Origin: an uncultured Candidatus Saccharibacteria bacterium
GTDB taxonomy: Bacteria > Patescibacteriota > Dojkabacteria > J137
DNA: 64,000 nt
Assembly: GCA_965230975.1 (NCBI GenBank)
Contig: OZ246402.1
Coordinates: 509,009 to 573,008, forward strand
Direction: 5' to 3'
Under the pieces are notes generated by a model. That model did not search any database. It saw only the letters and a list, made by a program, of their open reading frames with translations, and was not told the DNA's origin. Positions 1 through 9,891 of this stretch are shown here, one piece after another. The first letter of the stretch is position 1, and each line of letters opens with the position of its first letter. The position numbers and the translations under genes were made by a program.

Positions 1-187
1 TTTTATCCATGACTGATACTAGTTTTTTTGCAAGTTTAATTCTATATTCTTCAGTTGTCTTTTTACTTTCTAGTGCCCATAAATAAGCATCTCTAAGCAT
101 TTCAAAATCTTCAACAGTATATATTCGATTGGGACCATCTATATTAATAAATTTACTTAGAGCTTCTTCACCTTTGGATATTGGCAT
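1..187 (-). CDS. hypothetical protein, 3'-partial (C-terminus lies beyond window start)
   Basis: Minus-strand frame from ATG (revcomp of 185-187) is open to position 1 (MPISKGEEALSKFINIDGPNRIYTVEDFEMLRDAYLWALESKK...). It is absent from the ORF track because it has no in-window stop. Confidence 0.3.
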   Translation of the reverse strand, partial: MPISKGEEALSKFINIDGPNRIYTVEDFEMLRDAYLWALESKKTTEEYRIKLAKKLVSVMDK

Positions 188-329
188 ATGTTGCTGATAA
201 TTAGTAACCGTGGATTTTATCACTGAATTTATATAATGCAATACTGTTAATGTATATATTGAGAAAAGTGATTTCGAATAGAGTTTCCCGATCTATTCTA
301 ATACGTGGTCTTTGAATTTGACTATATAA

Positions 330-356
330 AATCGTTCGTTCGTAGAACGAACGATT
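330..356 (-). terminator. hairpin downstream of mutS, likely intrinsic terminator
   Basis: Perfect inverted repeat AATCGTTCGTTC-gta-GAACGAACGATT (12-bp stem). It lies 65 nt after the mutS stop on the minus strand and is followed by T/A-rich sequence. Confidence 0.4.
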
Positions 357-421
357 ATGAAGTGCCTTTAAAAAATGGGAAGTCAATTTTCTTATAGAGT
401 TAAATTGAATTCTTGTTAGGA

Positions 422-2965
422 CTAGATTAACCCAAGTTGCTCCGGGTGAATTCGTTTTGGCTTAGAAGGCTTTTTGCTTATGGAGTTTGATTTTCTGTTG
501 GTTTTAGCGTCTGTTTCTGCGTTAACTTCAGATAGAGAGCTTTTTTGATTTTCTGTTTGCTCATTATGGTTTGTACCTTCAAATGATTTTAAAATATCAT
601 CTGCTTTTTTAATAACATCTGCTGGAAGACCTGCAAGTTTTGCAACATGTATCCCGTAACTTCGATTTGTACCGCCAGCAATAATCTTGTGCTTAAATAC
701 AATCTCTCCGTTATTTTCGCTTACCTGTACATTAAAGTTTTTAATATTAGAATACTGATCTGCCAAGGCAATAAGTTCGTGATAATGAGTTGCAAACAAA
801 GTGAACGATTTTAAAGTAGAGTTTATATATTCAATAATGGACCATGCGATTGCAACTCCGTCATATGTACTTGTACCTCGGCCGACCTCATCTAAAATAA
901 TTAAAGAGTCGGCCGTTGCATTGTTTAAGATATTAGCTGTTTCTGTCATTTCTACCATGAAAGTCGATTCTCCTTTAGAAAGATTGTCAGATGCTCCAAC
1001 TCTTGTAAATATTCTATCAAACGGTTTAAATTCAAAGTTTTGGGCTGGTACGAAAGAACCAATCTGTGCCATAAGTGCGATTACAGCAACTTGTCGAATG
1101 TAGGTCGATTTACCAGACATATTTGGTCCGGTTAGTATATGAATATTGCTGTTCGTATCAAATTCAGAGTCGTTTGGTGTAAATTTGCCGACGATTGATT
1201 CGATTATAGGGTGCCGGCCGGAAGATATTTTTAAGCGCTTAGTTGTGCTAATGGCCGGCACCGAGTATTCGTTTTGCCTTGCCAAAAAACCAAATGAGTT
1301 AAAAATATCTATTTGTGCAATTAAATTTGAAAGCTCTAATAAATCCGGAATAAATTGCGAAATTTGCTGACGAATACCATCAAATAAAGTAAATTCTAGC
1401 TTTACAATTTTATCTTCGGCAGTCAAAATTTTATCTTCAAGCTCTTTAAGTTCTGGAGTTATAAATCTTTCTGCATTTGCTAATGTTTGTTTTCTAATGT
1501 AATCGGTAGGTGCTTTTGCTAAGTGAGATTTTGTAATTTCTATGTAATATCCAAAAACGCTATTGAAAGAGATTTTTAAAGTAGAAATACCAGTTCTTTC
1601 AACCTCTCTCCTTTGAATCTCGGCCAAAATTCCACGACTATTATTTTTGATGCCTCTAAGCTCGTCTAGCTCTGAATTAAATCCATCTTTAAAAATATTA
1701 CCCTCATTTACAATTGCAGGAGCTTCTTCTCCAATCGAATTTTCAATAATTTGAATTGCGTTTTGAATGTTTTGTAAGTTTGCAGAATTTTTGTCTAAAA
1801 AATTGAGTAATTCTTGATTAATGGAAGTAGCAGATTGTTTTAAAGTGTCAATAATCTGCAAGCAATTTGTAAGGCTATATTTTAAGCCTAACAAATCTTT
1901 AGGATGGGCAGTGTTAACCCCAATCCTTCCACAAATCCTTTGGATATCTGAAATTTGGTTTAAAAGTTCTGAAACTTCAGCACTGATTCTTGGGTTATTA
2001 TAAAAATTTTCTACTAGTTTTAATCTCTCTTGGATTAAATTTGCATTTAGTAATGGGTGCAAAATGAAAGTTTGCAAAAGACGCTTCCCCATAGATGTTT
2101 TGCATTCGTTTAGTTTAGAGTAGAGCGTATTGTGAGTTGATCCGTTTGCTGAATAAATAAGCTCTAAATTGCGTACCGTTTCTGGGTCTAGTGTCATGTA
2201 TTCGCTTACATTCAAGACGTTTATGTTCAAAAAGTGTTTTAAAGATGTTCTTTGGGTTTTTTCTATGTAATTTAATAACATGCCTAAAACATTTACATGA
2301 CTTTTATTTTCCTCGTCTATCCCAAAGCTTTTTAAGTTTTGAACTTTAAAGTGCTCTTTTAGTTTTAAAAGATTTTTTGAGTAATCTAAATCTAATTTTT
2401 CTAAGATTTCAAAATGGGTATTTAAAAATGATAGTTTTGTCTTCATTTCAGATTCTGCTACTAAAACCTCTTTAGCCCAAATCTTGTTAAGTTCGTTTTT
2501 GAAAGTTTTTTCGTTTAAATTACAAACAAAGTTTAGTTCCCCTGTTGTTACATCTGCATAGGCAAAATTGTAAACGCCCTTGTCGTTTAGCACTGCAGCT
2601 ATAAAATTGTTTTTGGAATTATCCAGTGAATTTTCATCCATTACCGTTCCGGGGGTAATAACCTTTGTTATTTGTCTTTCTACAATTTTGCCGGGAGTAG
2701 CTTCTTCCATTTGGTCTGCAATTGCTACTTTTATGCCTTCTGCAATCAATTTTGGAAGATATGTTTTTAAAGCATGATACGGAATCCCAGCCATTGGTTT
2801 TCTATTATCATCTTTGCCTCGGCCTGTTAAAGTTATTCCTAAAACTTTAGAAAGTGTTACTGCGTCATCGTCAAAAGCTTCGTAAAAGTCTCCAAGTCTA
2901 AACAAGATTACAAAGTCTTTGTATTCCTCTTTGATTTTGTAATATTGCTCTTGCATTGGAGTCAT
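422..2965 (-). CDS. mutS: DNA mismatch repair protein MutS
   Basis: 847 aa. N-terminal mismatch-binding region (FYEAFDDDA), Walker A GPNMSGKSTY, and typical MutS domain order. Confidence 0.95.
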   Translation of the reverse strand: MTPMQEQYYKIKEEYKDFVILFRLGDFYEAFDDDAVTLSKVLGITLTGRGKDDNRKPMAGIPYHALKTYLPKLIAEGIKVAIADQMEEATPGKIVERQITKVITPGTVMDENSLDNSKNNFIAAVLNDKGVYNFAYADVTTGELNFVCNLNEKTFKNELNKIWAKEVLVAESEMKTKLSFLNTHFEILEKLDLDYSKNLLKLKEHFKVQNLKSFGIDEENKSHVNVLGMLLNYIEKTQRTSLKHFLNINVLNVSEYMTLDPETVRNLELIYSANGSTHNTLYSKLNECKTSMGKRLLQTFILHPLLNANLIQERLKLVENFYNNPRISAEVSELLNQISDIQRICGRIGVNTAHPKDLLGLKYSLTNCLQIIDTLKQSATSINQELLNFLDKNSANLQNIQNAIQIIENSIGEEAPAIVNEGNIFKDGFNSELDELRGIKNNSRGILAEIQRREVERTGISTLKISFNSVFGYYIEITKSHLAKAPTDYIRKQTLANAERFITPELKELEDKILTAEDKIVKLEFTLFDGIRQQISQFIPDLLELSNLIAQIDIFNSFGFLARQNEYSVPAISTTKRLKISSGRHPIIESIVGKFTPNDSEFDTNSNIHILTGPNMSGKSTYIRQVAVIALMAQIGSFVPAQNFEFKPFDRIFTRVGASDNLSKGESTFMVEMTETANILNNATADSLIILDEVGRGTSTYDGVAIAWSIIEYINSTLKSFTLFATHYHELIALADQYSNIKNFNVQVSENNGEIVFKHKIIAGGTNRSYGIHVAKLAGLPADVIKKADDILKSFEGTNHNEQTENQKSSLSEVNAETDAKTNRKSNSISKKPSKPKRIHPEQLGLI

Positions 2966-3183
2966 GGGAATTGAGCTCTATACTTAATAATATGGGCGAA
3001 ATGCCGATACATTAACATAAAAGTTATTAACGGATTTAGAGAAGTAAATAACTTAATATGTTAAGTAATCGGTATATTTTAGCACTTGAATGCCTAGGTT
3101 AAAGCTGTTTTAGAAGATAATTTATATTTCCCCTTTTCTTGATGTTTTAAAACAAGTTCTCTCCAAGTTTGTTATTTTGTAAA

Positions 3184-3591
3184 TTAACTTTCTGGGCTAC
3201 TAGATTCTGAGGCAGGGAGCATGGATTCTATTCTCTGTCTTCTAATAAAATCCTTAATAGATTTGATAACTTGCAAACCTTCACCCACATCTATTCCTAC
3301 CTCAACTAAGTGATCGAGCAAGGGCTTAATTGTTAACCTGAAATAAGTAGAAGAGTTGGGAGAGTGTTCAGAATAATATAAATCTTTTAATTCTGCTTTA
3401 ACTCCATGTAGAAATTCTGTCCTAACAATACTACTATCTTGTTTATCTAAAATATAAACAAGAGCTTGAAAAACAAAGTTCTTAGCTACTTCGCTTAATG
3501 TAAGTGCATTTATATAGTTCTCGATTTTTTGTCTAAGATCTTTTTGATCATCTGTTAAATCAATCTGATTATCGAAGGTGTTTTGAAGCAT
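3184..3591 (-). CDS. hypothetical protein
   Basis: 135-aa ORF upstream of and co-directional with mutS. No recognisable motif. Confidence 0.5.
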   Translation of the reverse strand: MLQNTFDNQIDLTDDQKDLRQKIENYINALTLSEVAKNFVFQALVYILDKQDSSIVRTEFLHGVKAELKDLYYSEHSPNSSTYFRLTIKPLLDHLVEVGIDVGEGLQVIKSIKDFIRRQRIESMLPASESSSPES

Positions 3592-3746
3592 GTTTTTTAA
3601 TTTAATAATAGGATTATTTATAAAAGATTATATCTCATAGTTATGCATAGTCAATATATCTATCCCCTGTAGCTAGTTTGAGGCTATAGTGAATAATTTA
3701 TAAGTAAAGTGATAACTTGGTGTGATTTTACAATTATGGAAAACTC

Positions 3747-4142
3747 TTAATTGTTTGGAATATTTTGATGATAGTATTTATTATAAAGTCTACGGACAGT
3801 ATCTATAATGAATAAAGTTTCGGATTTTGTTAATCCATGAATTTCCCAAAATACTTGAGCAATAGTGTTAAACTCTTCGGTTGGGTCATACCTATTTAAA
3901 CAAACTCTAAATTCCTTATCCCAAAAGTGTAGGGTTTGAAAAGTTCTATCTCCTAAATCAACTTGCCTACCATGGTCTTTTATATATAAATAGTCTAATA
4001 TTTTTGCCATTATTAATCCTTGAGATAGATCGCAATTTAAATTAGTGATTTCTGAACGTAAGAATTGGATAAACTCCTTATATCCAAATCTTGTGATTAC
4101 GCGATCTTGTGAGCAAAAAGCTACTATAAGATTGTCTGTCAT
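3747..4142 (-). CDS. hypothetical protein
   Basis: 131-aa ORF. No recognisable motif. Confidence 0.5.
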   Translation of the reverse strand: MTDNLIVAFCSQDRVITRFGYKEFIQFLRSEITNLNCDLSQGLIMAKILDYLYIKDHGRQVDLGDRTFQTLHFWDKEFRVCLNRYDPTEEFNTIAQVFWEIHGLTKSETLFIIDTVRRLYNKYYHQNIPNN

Positions 4143-4202
4143 AAGTTTTAAGTTAAATTTCCTGAATTATAAGCACCAAGTGCAAATTTAACAATTGGTT
4201 TA

Positions 4203-5279
4203 ATGTATAATATTAAAATGCTAACTCATATTAAACAAAACAAAGGTATAATTTTATGGAGCATGTTCGTGCTTGGAGTTTTTGCATTCATCCAATTTAG
4301 ATTAGATCAATACCTTCAATACAGCATAGATGGGCAAAGCTTGGCTTTAAGGCTTCAAGAGCTTTTAACATTATTCTTAAGCATTATTGCAGAAGCATTT
4401 CCGTTTGTAATTTTAGGAACAATAATATCTGTAATTGTCGCACTATTTATTAAATCGGAGTGGATATTAAAATACCTTCCAAAGAATGTAATTTTAAGCA
4501 ATTTAATAATCTCTTTGTTTGGCGTTTTTATGCCGGTATGCGAATGTGGAAACGTACCTGTAACAAGAAGGTTGCTTTCTAAAAATTTTACAGTTTCTCA
4601 ATCAATAGTATTTTTACTTGCGGCGCCGATAATTAACCCTATAACACTTTGGAGCACAATAGAAGCATTTAGCCCGGATACATCAATAGTAATAATAAGA
4701 CTTATCGGCGCCTTGGTAATAGCCAATTTAGCCGGATTTATAATCTCATTTAAAAAGAATCAATACGAACTTTTGCAAGATGACTTTTATAACAATTATT
4801 GCAAAGTGAATTTAGACAACCATGATCATAACCATGACCAGCACTCTCATCATGATCACTTGCATCATCATCATAATTCAAAAATAGAAGAGGCCTTTGA
4901 AATTTTTAGAACAGAGTTTTGGGAGGTTACAAAGTTACTTTGCTTAGGAGCTTTTTTTGCAGCTTTGTCTCAAATATTTATTCCAAGAGATGTAATAACT
5001 TCAATTGGGCAAAGCCCGATCTTATCTATTGTTGCCATGATGTTGTTTGCATTTGTTATTTCAATTTGCTCTAACGTAGATGCATTTGTAGCCTTACCTT
5101 ACGTTAGCACTTTCTCTTTGGGTTCAATTATGTCATTTCTTTTGTTTGGACCAATGATAGATATGAAAATTTTAACAATGCTTAAAAGTAGTTTTAAATT
5201 AAAGTTAATTATTTTCTTAGTTGTGTTTGTTGGTTTAAGTTCGTTTTTAGCTGGTTTAATTATTAATCTACTTGTTTAA
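4203..5279 (+). CDS. COG0701/DUF318-type membrane permease with His-rich loop
   Basis: Polytopic membrane protein carrying the conserved CECGNVP-type cysteine motif of the 'predicted permease' family. A cytoplasmic loop reads HDHNHDQHSHHDHLHHHH (14 His in 20 aa). Confidence 0.7.
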   Translation: MYNIKMLTHIKQNKGIILWSMFVLGVFAFIQFRLDQYLQYSIDGQSLALRLQELLTLFLSIIAEAFPFVILGTIISVIVALFIKSEWILKYLPKNVILSNLIISLFGVFMPVCECGNVPVTRRLLSKNFTVSQSIVFLLAAPIINPITLWSTIEAFSPDTSIVIIRLIGALVIANLAGFIISFKKNQYELLQDDFYNNYCKVNLDNHDHNHDQHSHHDHLHHHHNSKIEEAFEIFRTEFWEVTKLLCLGAFFAALSQIFIPRDVITSIGQSPILSIVAMMLFAFVISICSNVDAFVALPYVSTFSLGSIMSFLLFGPMIDMKILTMLKSSFKLKLIIFLVVFVGLSSFLAGLIINLLV

Positions 5280-6104
5280 ATGGATCTTTTTAAGTTAATA
5301 ATAATCTTCTTTTTTAGTTTATATAACTTGTATTTATATCTGTCTGGTAATATAGATAACTACATTAGTTCTAGATTCTTTTCATTTAGTTTAATTGCAA
5401 GTTTGTGTGGAATAGTAATTTCATTAGGTGCAATAATTTATATATTTTTAAAAGAAAAAAATAAAAGAGAGTTGTTTGATTTTATAACCCCAATTCTTAC
5501 CATTGGATTTGTATTAATAGCAGGCTTAATAGTCAACTCTTTATTACTTTTAATAACTATCCCTCTGTTTATATATTTTAAAAAAGATATTAAATTAAAA
5601 CTAGATTTAGGTATTTTGATAGTTTTAGTAATAATTTTAGGCTTTGCAATACCCTCAACCAGTCTCACTTCTGTAACAGCATCACAAAGATCTGGAGATT
5701 TAAATTCTGTAACATTGGAAAATAGACTCAGCACACTTTCAAGATTTGCAAATTCAAGTAATTACGATATTGCAGATTGGATTGCATCCATTAATTACAA
5801 TCCGGATTTATCTAGTTATGTGGGCAAGTCAGTTAATGTAACCGGGTTTGTATTTGCACCAAATTATTACCCAAAAGATATGTTTTTGGCAGCACGATTT
5901 GTTGTAACTTGTTGTGCTGTAGATGCAAGACCGGTTGGCTTGAATGTTAAGCTAGATGGCTGGCAGGGGCAATACAAGTTAGATGAATGGGTTAATATTA
6001 AAGGCAAGTTTGCAATTGGTGAAGTTAACGGAGTTACTCAATTGATTATTGAACCTGAAAGTATTGAGTTAACTAAAGAGCCGGATAGACCATATATTTA
6101 TTAA
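5280..6104 (+). CDS. TIGR03943/DUF1980 family protein (permease partner subunit)
   Basis: N-terminal TM helices and a C-terminal soluble domain with the conserved VVTCCAVDARPVG double-Cys motif. Its start abuts the stop of the upstream permease. Confidence 0.65.
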   Translation: MDLFKLIIIFFFSLYNLYLYLSGNIDNYISSRFFSFSLIASLCGIVISLGAIIYIFLKEKNKRELFDFITPILTIGFVLIAGLIVNSLLLLITIPLFIYFKKDIKLKLDLGILIVLVIILGFAIPSTSLTSVTASQRSGDLNSVTLENRLSTLSRFANSSNYDIADWIASINYNPDLSSYVGKSVNVTGFVFAPNYYPKDMFLAARFVVTCCAVDARPVGLNVKLDGWQGQYKLDEWVNIKGKFAIGEVNGVTQLIIEPESIELTKEPDRPYIY

Positions 6105-6113
6105 AAAACGAAT

Positions 6114-7541
6114 TTGAGCAATAAACAATTAAATTTAAAAAATATATTAAAAGACAGGTTTAATCTTGCTGCTGCGTTGACTTTTACTATACTAACTTTA
6201 TTAATTATTGCCTTTTGGCTTTTAAGTGTAATTTCTCAACCACATGTTAGGTTTTTTGAATTAGAGGGACAAATAAATTCTGCAGATTTTTCTAATCAAA
6301 GAGTAAAAGTGTTCTTTAGTTCTCCAATGAACAAAGACTCTACTCAAAACTATATTACAATTGAGCCAAGTATAGATTTCAAAACTGCATGGTCTGGCAA
6401 TAATTTATTTATAATTTTTGATACAAATTTAAGATCTACTACAAGCTATACAATAAAATTTTCACCAGATTTTAAGGATTTATACAATAAAGCATTATCA
6501 ACACAAAGTATTACTTTTAAAACAAAGAAACAAGAGTTTTTGTATGTTGATTCTTCTAATAATACCAAGAAGATTGTAAAGTCAGATTTAGATTTTAATA
6601 AAGTCGTTTTATACGAAAATGAAAATATTGAAACTTTTGATGCAGGAAAGTCTTATTTAGCTGTAATTACTAAAAACCCAAACCAAACAAATTCTTTAAA
6701 TATTATAAATATTGATAATAAAAGTGTAACTACTTTAAATGTAGGAACTAAAATAATACCCAGCATTTCATTTTCACCAAAGCTCAATGAAATTGCATAT
6801 GTTACACAATCTGTTATTTTAAGATCTACTTATGCTCAACCATTAGAAGATACATCTATAAATTTTTATAATATAGATACAAAAGAAACTAAAACTATAA
6901 ATTATTCTGCACCGGGCGAGGGTGTTACGAATATAAAGTACGCACCAGATGGAAATTCAATTTTGTATAAAACAAGCCAATCTTATTATCAAATTATGGA
7001 TGTAAGTAATGCAGAAAACAGTATTATTTTGGGTAGATTTTTGGCAGATGGTGGTTTTAATTTTGATGGCTCTAAGTTAGCCTTTGTTGAATTTGATCCA
7101 GTTCAAGCTTTTAGCAAAAACCAATATATTGCAGAAATTAATGTTGAAAGAGATTCCAGATTAATAACTAATGGTGATGTTCCAGTTTTAGACCCAGAAT
7201 ATTTTAATAACTCTGCAGGTATTATTTATTCTCAAAGGTACAAAGATTTAGATGAAAGAACAAAAGGTCAGTATAGAATAGTTAAAGATTTGGGTAACAA
7301 TAATTTTCAAGTATTGGTAGAAGATGAAAAAAGAAGCTTAGAGATTCCAAAGTTAAGCTTTGATGATAGATATATTTTAATAGAAGGTTATAAAGAAACA
7401 GATTTATTAAGTTTTGAAAATAGTAGAAGTTTTGGTTTTCAAACTAAACCTCAGACTTCTGATCTAATGCTGTTTGATTTAGAAAATAATAAACTTATAG
7501 ACCTTAATGTTAGAGGGTATGATGCAATGTGGTTAAGATGA
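6114..7541 (+). CDS. membrane-anchored protein with PD40/TolB-like beta-propeller repeats
   Basis: N-terminal TM helix. Repeated FSPxxxxIAY / YAPDGNSILY motifs typical of PD40 propeller blades. Confidence 0.55.
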   Translation: MSNKQLNLKNILKDRFNLAAALTFTILTLLIIAFWLLSVISQPHVRFFELEGQINSADFSNQRVKVFFSSPMNKDSTQNYITIEPSIDFKTAWSGNNLFIIFDTNLRSTTSYTIKFSPDFKDLYNKALSTQSITFKTKKQEFLYVDSSNNTKKIVKSDLDFNKVVLYENENIETFDAGKSYLAVITKNPNQTNSLNIINIDNKSVTTLNVGTKIIPSISFSPKLNEIAYVTQSVILRSTYAQPLEDTSINFYNIDTKETKTINYSAPGEGVTNIKYAPDGNSILYKTSQSYYQIMDVSNAENSIILGRFLADGGFNFDGSKLAFVEFDPVQAFSKNQYIAEINVERDSRLITNGDVPVLDPEYFNNSAGIIYSQRYKDLDERTKGQYRIVKDLGNNNFQVLVEDEKRSLEIPKLSFDDRYILIEGYKETDLLSFENSRSFGFQTKPQTSDLMLFDLENNKLIDLNVRGYDAMWLR

Positions 7542-7832
7542 TTTAACCTCTCTAAATTCCGCATCTTCAAAGTTTGCTGGTTTGAAATTTTGGTTATCTT
7601 TTTGGCTTTTTGAATTAGATTTCTTTTTAGAGTTAGCTACACTAGTCTGTTTTAAAACCGGTAAATTTAACCACTTTCTAATTAAGTTGAACAAGCCTTT
7701 AAATAAGGATTGTATTTGAGGTGACATTTTATCGTAGCCAAAGAATAAAATAACCAGTAAAAGTATTGGTATAAATATTATAGAGCAAACAAAAATCGCT
7801 AATAATGATAATGCTGCACTGAAAATCTCCAT
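7533..7832 (-). CDS. small membrane protein, hypothetical
   Basis: 99 aa with two N-terminal hydrophobic helices and a Lys/Ser-rich tail. Confidence 0.4.
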   Translation of the reverse strand: MEIFSAALSLLAIFVCSIIFIPILLLVILFFGYDKMSPQIQSLFKGLFNLIRKWLNLPVLKQTSVANSKKKSNSKSQKDNQNFKPANFEDAEFREVKSS

Positions 7833-7894
7833 ATAGTTATAAAAAATTTAATTAAACATGATAATATTATACATTTAAATTTTAAATCTTTATT

Positions 7895-8809
7895 ATGGAA
7901 ACTTTCCTATTTGTATTACTTTGTGGAGGGGGTCTATTTGTTTTAGTATTGTTTTTCTCTTGGTTCTTTACAGTAGAACAACAAACAGTTGTAATTATAG
8001 AAAGATTTGGTAAATATGTAAGAACTTCAACTGCCGGTTTGAATTTTAAATTGCCATTAATAGAAAGAGTAGCAGGTAGAGTATCTTTAAGAGTTAGGCA
8101 ATTAGATGTAAGGGCAGAAACCAAAACTAAAGATAATGTTTTTGTTCATGTAATTGTATCTGTTCAATATTATGTTTTACCGGACAGGGTTTATGATGCA
8201 TTTTATAAGCTTAACGACCCATCTCAACAAATTAACGCATATGTTTTTGATGTTGTAAGAGCAAGAGTGCCACAAATTAACCTAGATGACTTATTTGAAA
8301 AGAAAGATGAAATTGCAGTTGCAGTTAAGAATGAACTTAACGAAACAATGACAAGTTTTGGGTTTGAAATATTAAATGCACTTGTAACAGATATAGAACC
8401 TGATCAAAAAGTTAAAGATTCTATGAATGAAATTAACGCTGCATTAAGAATGAGAGTAGCCGCTAGTGAAAAGGGAGAAGCAGAAAGAATTTTAAAAGTT
8501 AAAGCTGCAGAGGCAGAAGCGCAATCAAAAGCATTACAAGGTAAAGGTATTGCAGATCAAAGAAGAGCTATTATAGATGGTTTGAAAGAATCTGTAGAAG
8601 ATTTTCAAACAACAATCAAAGGTTCTACCTCTCAAGAAATTATGAACTTGGTTTTAATGACCCAATATTTTGATACATTAAAAGAGATTGGCCAAAATTC
8701 CAATACAATTTTAATCCCACACTCACCTGGAGGAATTACAGACATCTCTAGCGAGATTAGAAATGCTATGATTCAAGCCAATGAAGTCGCTAGATTTGAA
8801 AACAAATAG
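7895..8809 (+). CDS. SPFH/band-7 (stomatin/prohibitin-like) domain protein
   Basis: N-terminal TM then an SPFH core (VVIIERFGKYVRT...LNFKLPLIERV...VRAETKTKDNVFVHV). C-terminal coiled-coil rich in Ala/Glu/Lys. Confidence 0.8.
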   Translation: METFLFVLLCGGGLFVLVLFFSWFFTVEQQTVVIIERFGKYVRTSTAGLNFKLPLIERVAGRVSLRVRQLDVRAETKTKDNVFVHVIVSVQYYVLPDRVYDAFYKLNDPSQQINAYVFDVVRARVPQINLDDLFEKKDEIAVAVKNELNETMTSFGFEILNALVTDIEPDQKVKDSMNEINAALRMRVAASEKGEAERILKVKAAEAEAQSKALQGKGIADQRRAIIDGLKESVEDFQTTIKGSTSQEIMNLVLMTQYFDTLKEIGQNSNTILIPHSPGGITDISSEIRNAMIQANEVARFENK

Positions 8810-8814
8810 TTAAA

Positions 8815-9372
8815 ATGAACTCCAGGAATTTTGGCCCAAGGCGAAACAATTTAGTGCTAATTTTTGTGTCTATTCTTGTTTTAGCAGGAATAGCAATTTA
8901 TTTGCTAACTAATAAATCTAATTCCTCATTTGAGATAGATAATTTAACAAATAAAAGCCAATCAAAGAGCACGGAGCCTGTATTAGAGCAAGAATCTGAA
9001 TTAATAGATTTAACTAACTTAAAAATTTATTTATCTATAGCAGATAATGCTAGCGATAAGGTAATTAGAAAAACATATTCTGGTGTTAATTATGTAAACG
9101 CAAAGATCAATGTTGATAATGCACCTAATGCAGTTGGAGATTGTTCGATTGAGGTTTATAAAATTGAAGGAGTTTCTGCCAATGCAATTTATACTGCAAG
9201 TTTTCAGGTTAATCAAAGTATAAAGCAAATAGATAGAAATCTAAATTTAAATGGGGGAATGTTTAGGGTAGATATTAACTGTGATTTTGGAGGTAAGAGT
9301 TATTCTCAGGTTTATACTTTAGATTTAAAGCTAACTAATCAAACACCAATGCCATCAAGTTATTCAATTTAA
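8815..9372 (+). CDS. hypothetical membrane-anchored extracytoplasmic protein
   Basis: 185 aa, single N-terminal TM followed by a beta-rich domain. Located immediately downstream of the SPFH gene. Confidence 0.5.
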   Translation: MNSRNFGPRRNNLVLIFVSILVLAGIAIYLLTNKSNSSFEIDNLTNKSQSKSTEPVLEQESELIDLTNLKIYLSIADNASDKVIRKTYSGVNYVNAKINVDNAPNAVGDCSIEVYKIEGVSANAIYTASFQVNQSIKQIDRNLNLNGGMFRVDINCDFGGKSYSQVYTLDLKLTNQTPMPSSYSI

Positions 9373-9891
9373 TTCCATTTCAAAAATCAGGGTATCTACA
9401 AATTCGTTATCTATAAGTAATTCGTTTGAAAGTTTTCCATTTTGTACAAATCCATTCTTTTTATACATAGATATTGCTGCCTCTTGTTTTGAGTTTACAA
9501 ACAAGGTTATTTTTTTCATTCCATTAGTTTTTATATCTTCGATTGCAGTTTTTAGTAAAGCAATACCTGTACCATAACCTCTATATTCTTTCAAAATATA
9601 AAACCACACTATTGTCGCAATGTGGGATCTTCGGTTTTTGTAATCATACAGAACTCCAATCATTCCAACTGGTTTTTCATTATCAAAGGCCAAAAACATT
9701 TTATCTTTAAGGCTGAATATGTATGGGCTAATGTAAGAATTCCACCATTCTTTTGAATTTTGGCTATATTCTTCAAAGTCTACACTAAATGCTTTGGGAT
9801 CATCTTTTAAACCTGTAAGCATAAGGTTTCTTATGTTTTCAAAATCTATAGGAGATGCACGTTTTATTATAATTTGATTATTCATTAACAA
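9364..9891 (-). CDS. GNAT family N-acetyltransferase
   Basis: 175 aa. Acetyl-CoA binding motif RGYGTGIALL and overall GNAT fold length. Confidence 0.7.
   Translation of the reverse strand: MLMNNQIIIKRASPIDFENIRNLMLTGLKDDPKAFSVDFEEYSQNSKEWWNSYISPYIFSLKDKMFLAFDNEKPVGMIGVLYDYKNRRSHIATIVWFYILKEYRGYGTGIALLKTAIEDIKTNGMKKITLFVNSKQEAAISMYKKNGFVQNGKLSNELLIDNEFVDTLIFEMELN

Noticed and set aside
330-356. CGAAC-containing inverted repeat considered as a LexA/Cheo box
   Set aside because: Half-site order and spacing (GTTC-N3-GAAC) do not fit GAAC-N4-GTTC. A terminator is the better explanation.
201-386. 61-aa minus-strand ORF between the partial gene at the window start and mutS
   Set aside because: It overlaps the 12-bp-stem terminator hairpin (330-356), has no motif, and is low-complexity. 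It is probably non-coding.
801-2777. Several 60-100-aa plus-strand ORFs inside mutS (801-1103, 1146-1370, 1821-2003, 2580-2777)
   Set aside because: They are antisense to a high-confidence conserved gene. These are typical spurious ORFs in AT-rich DNA.
7533-9372. Small membrane proteins flanking the SPFH gene considered as NfeD partner
   Set aside because: Neither has the multi-TM plus C-terminal OB-fold architecture of NfeD, as judged by eye.
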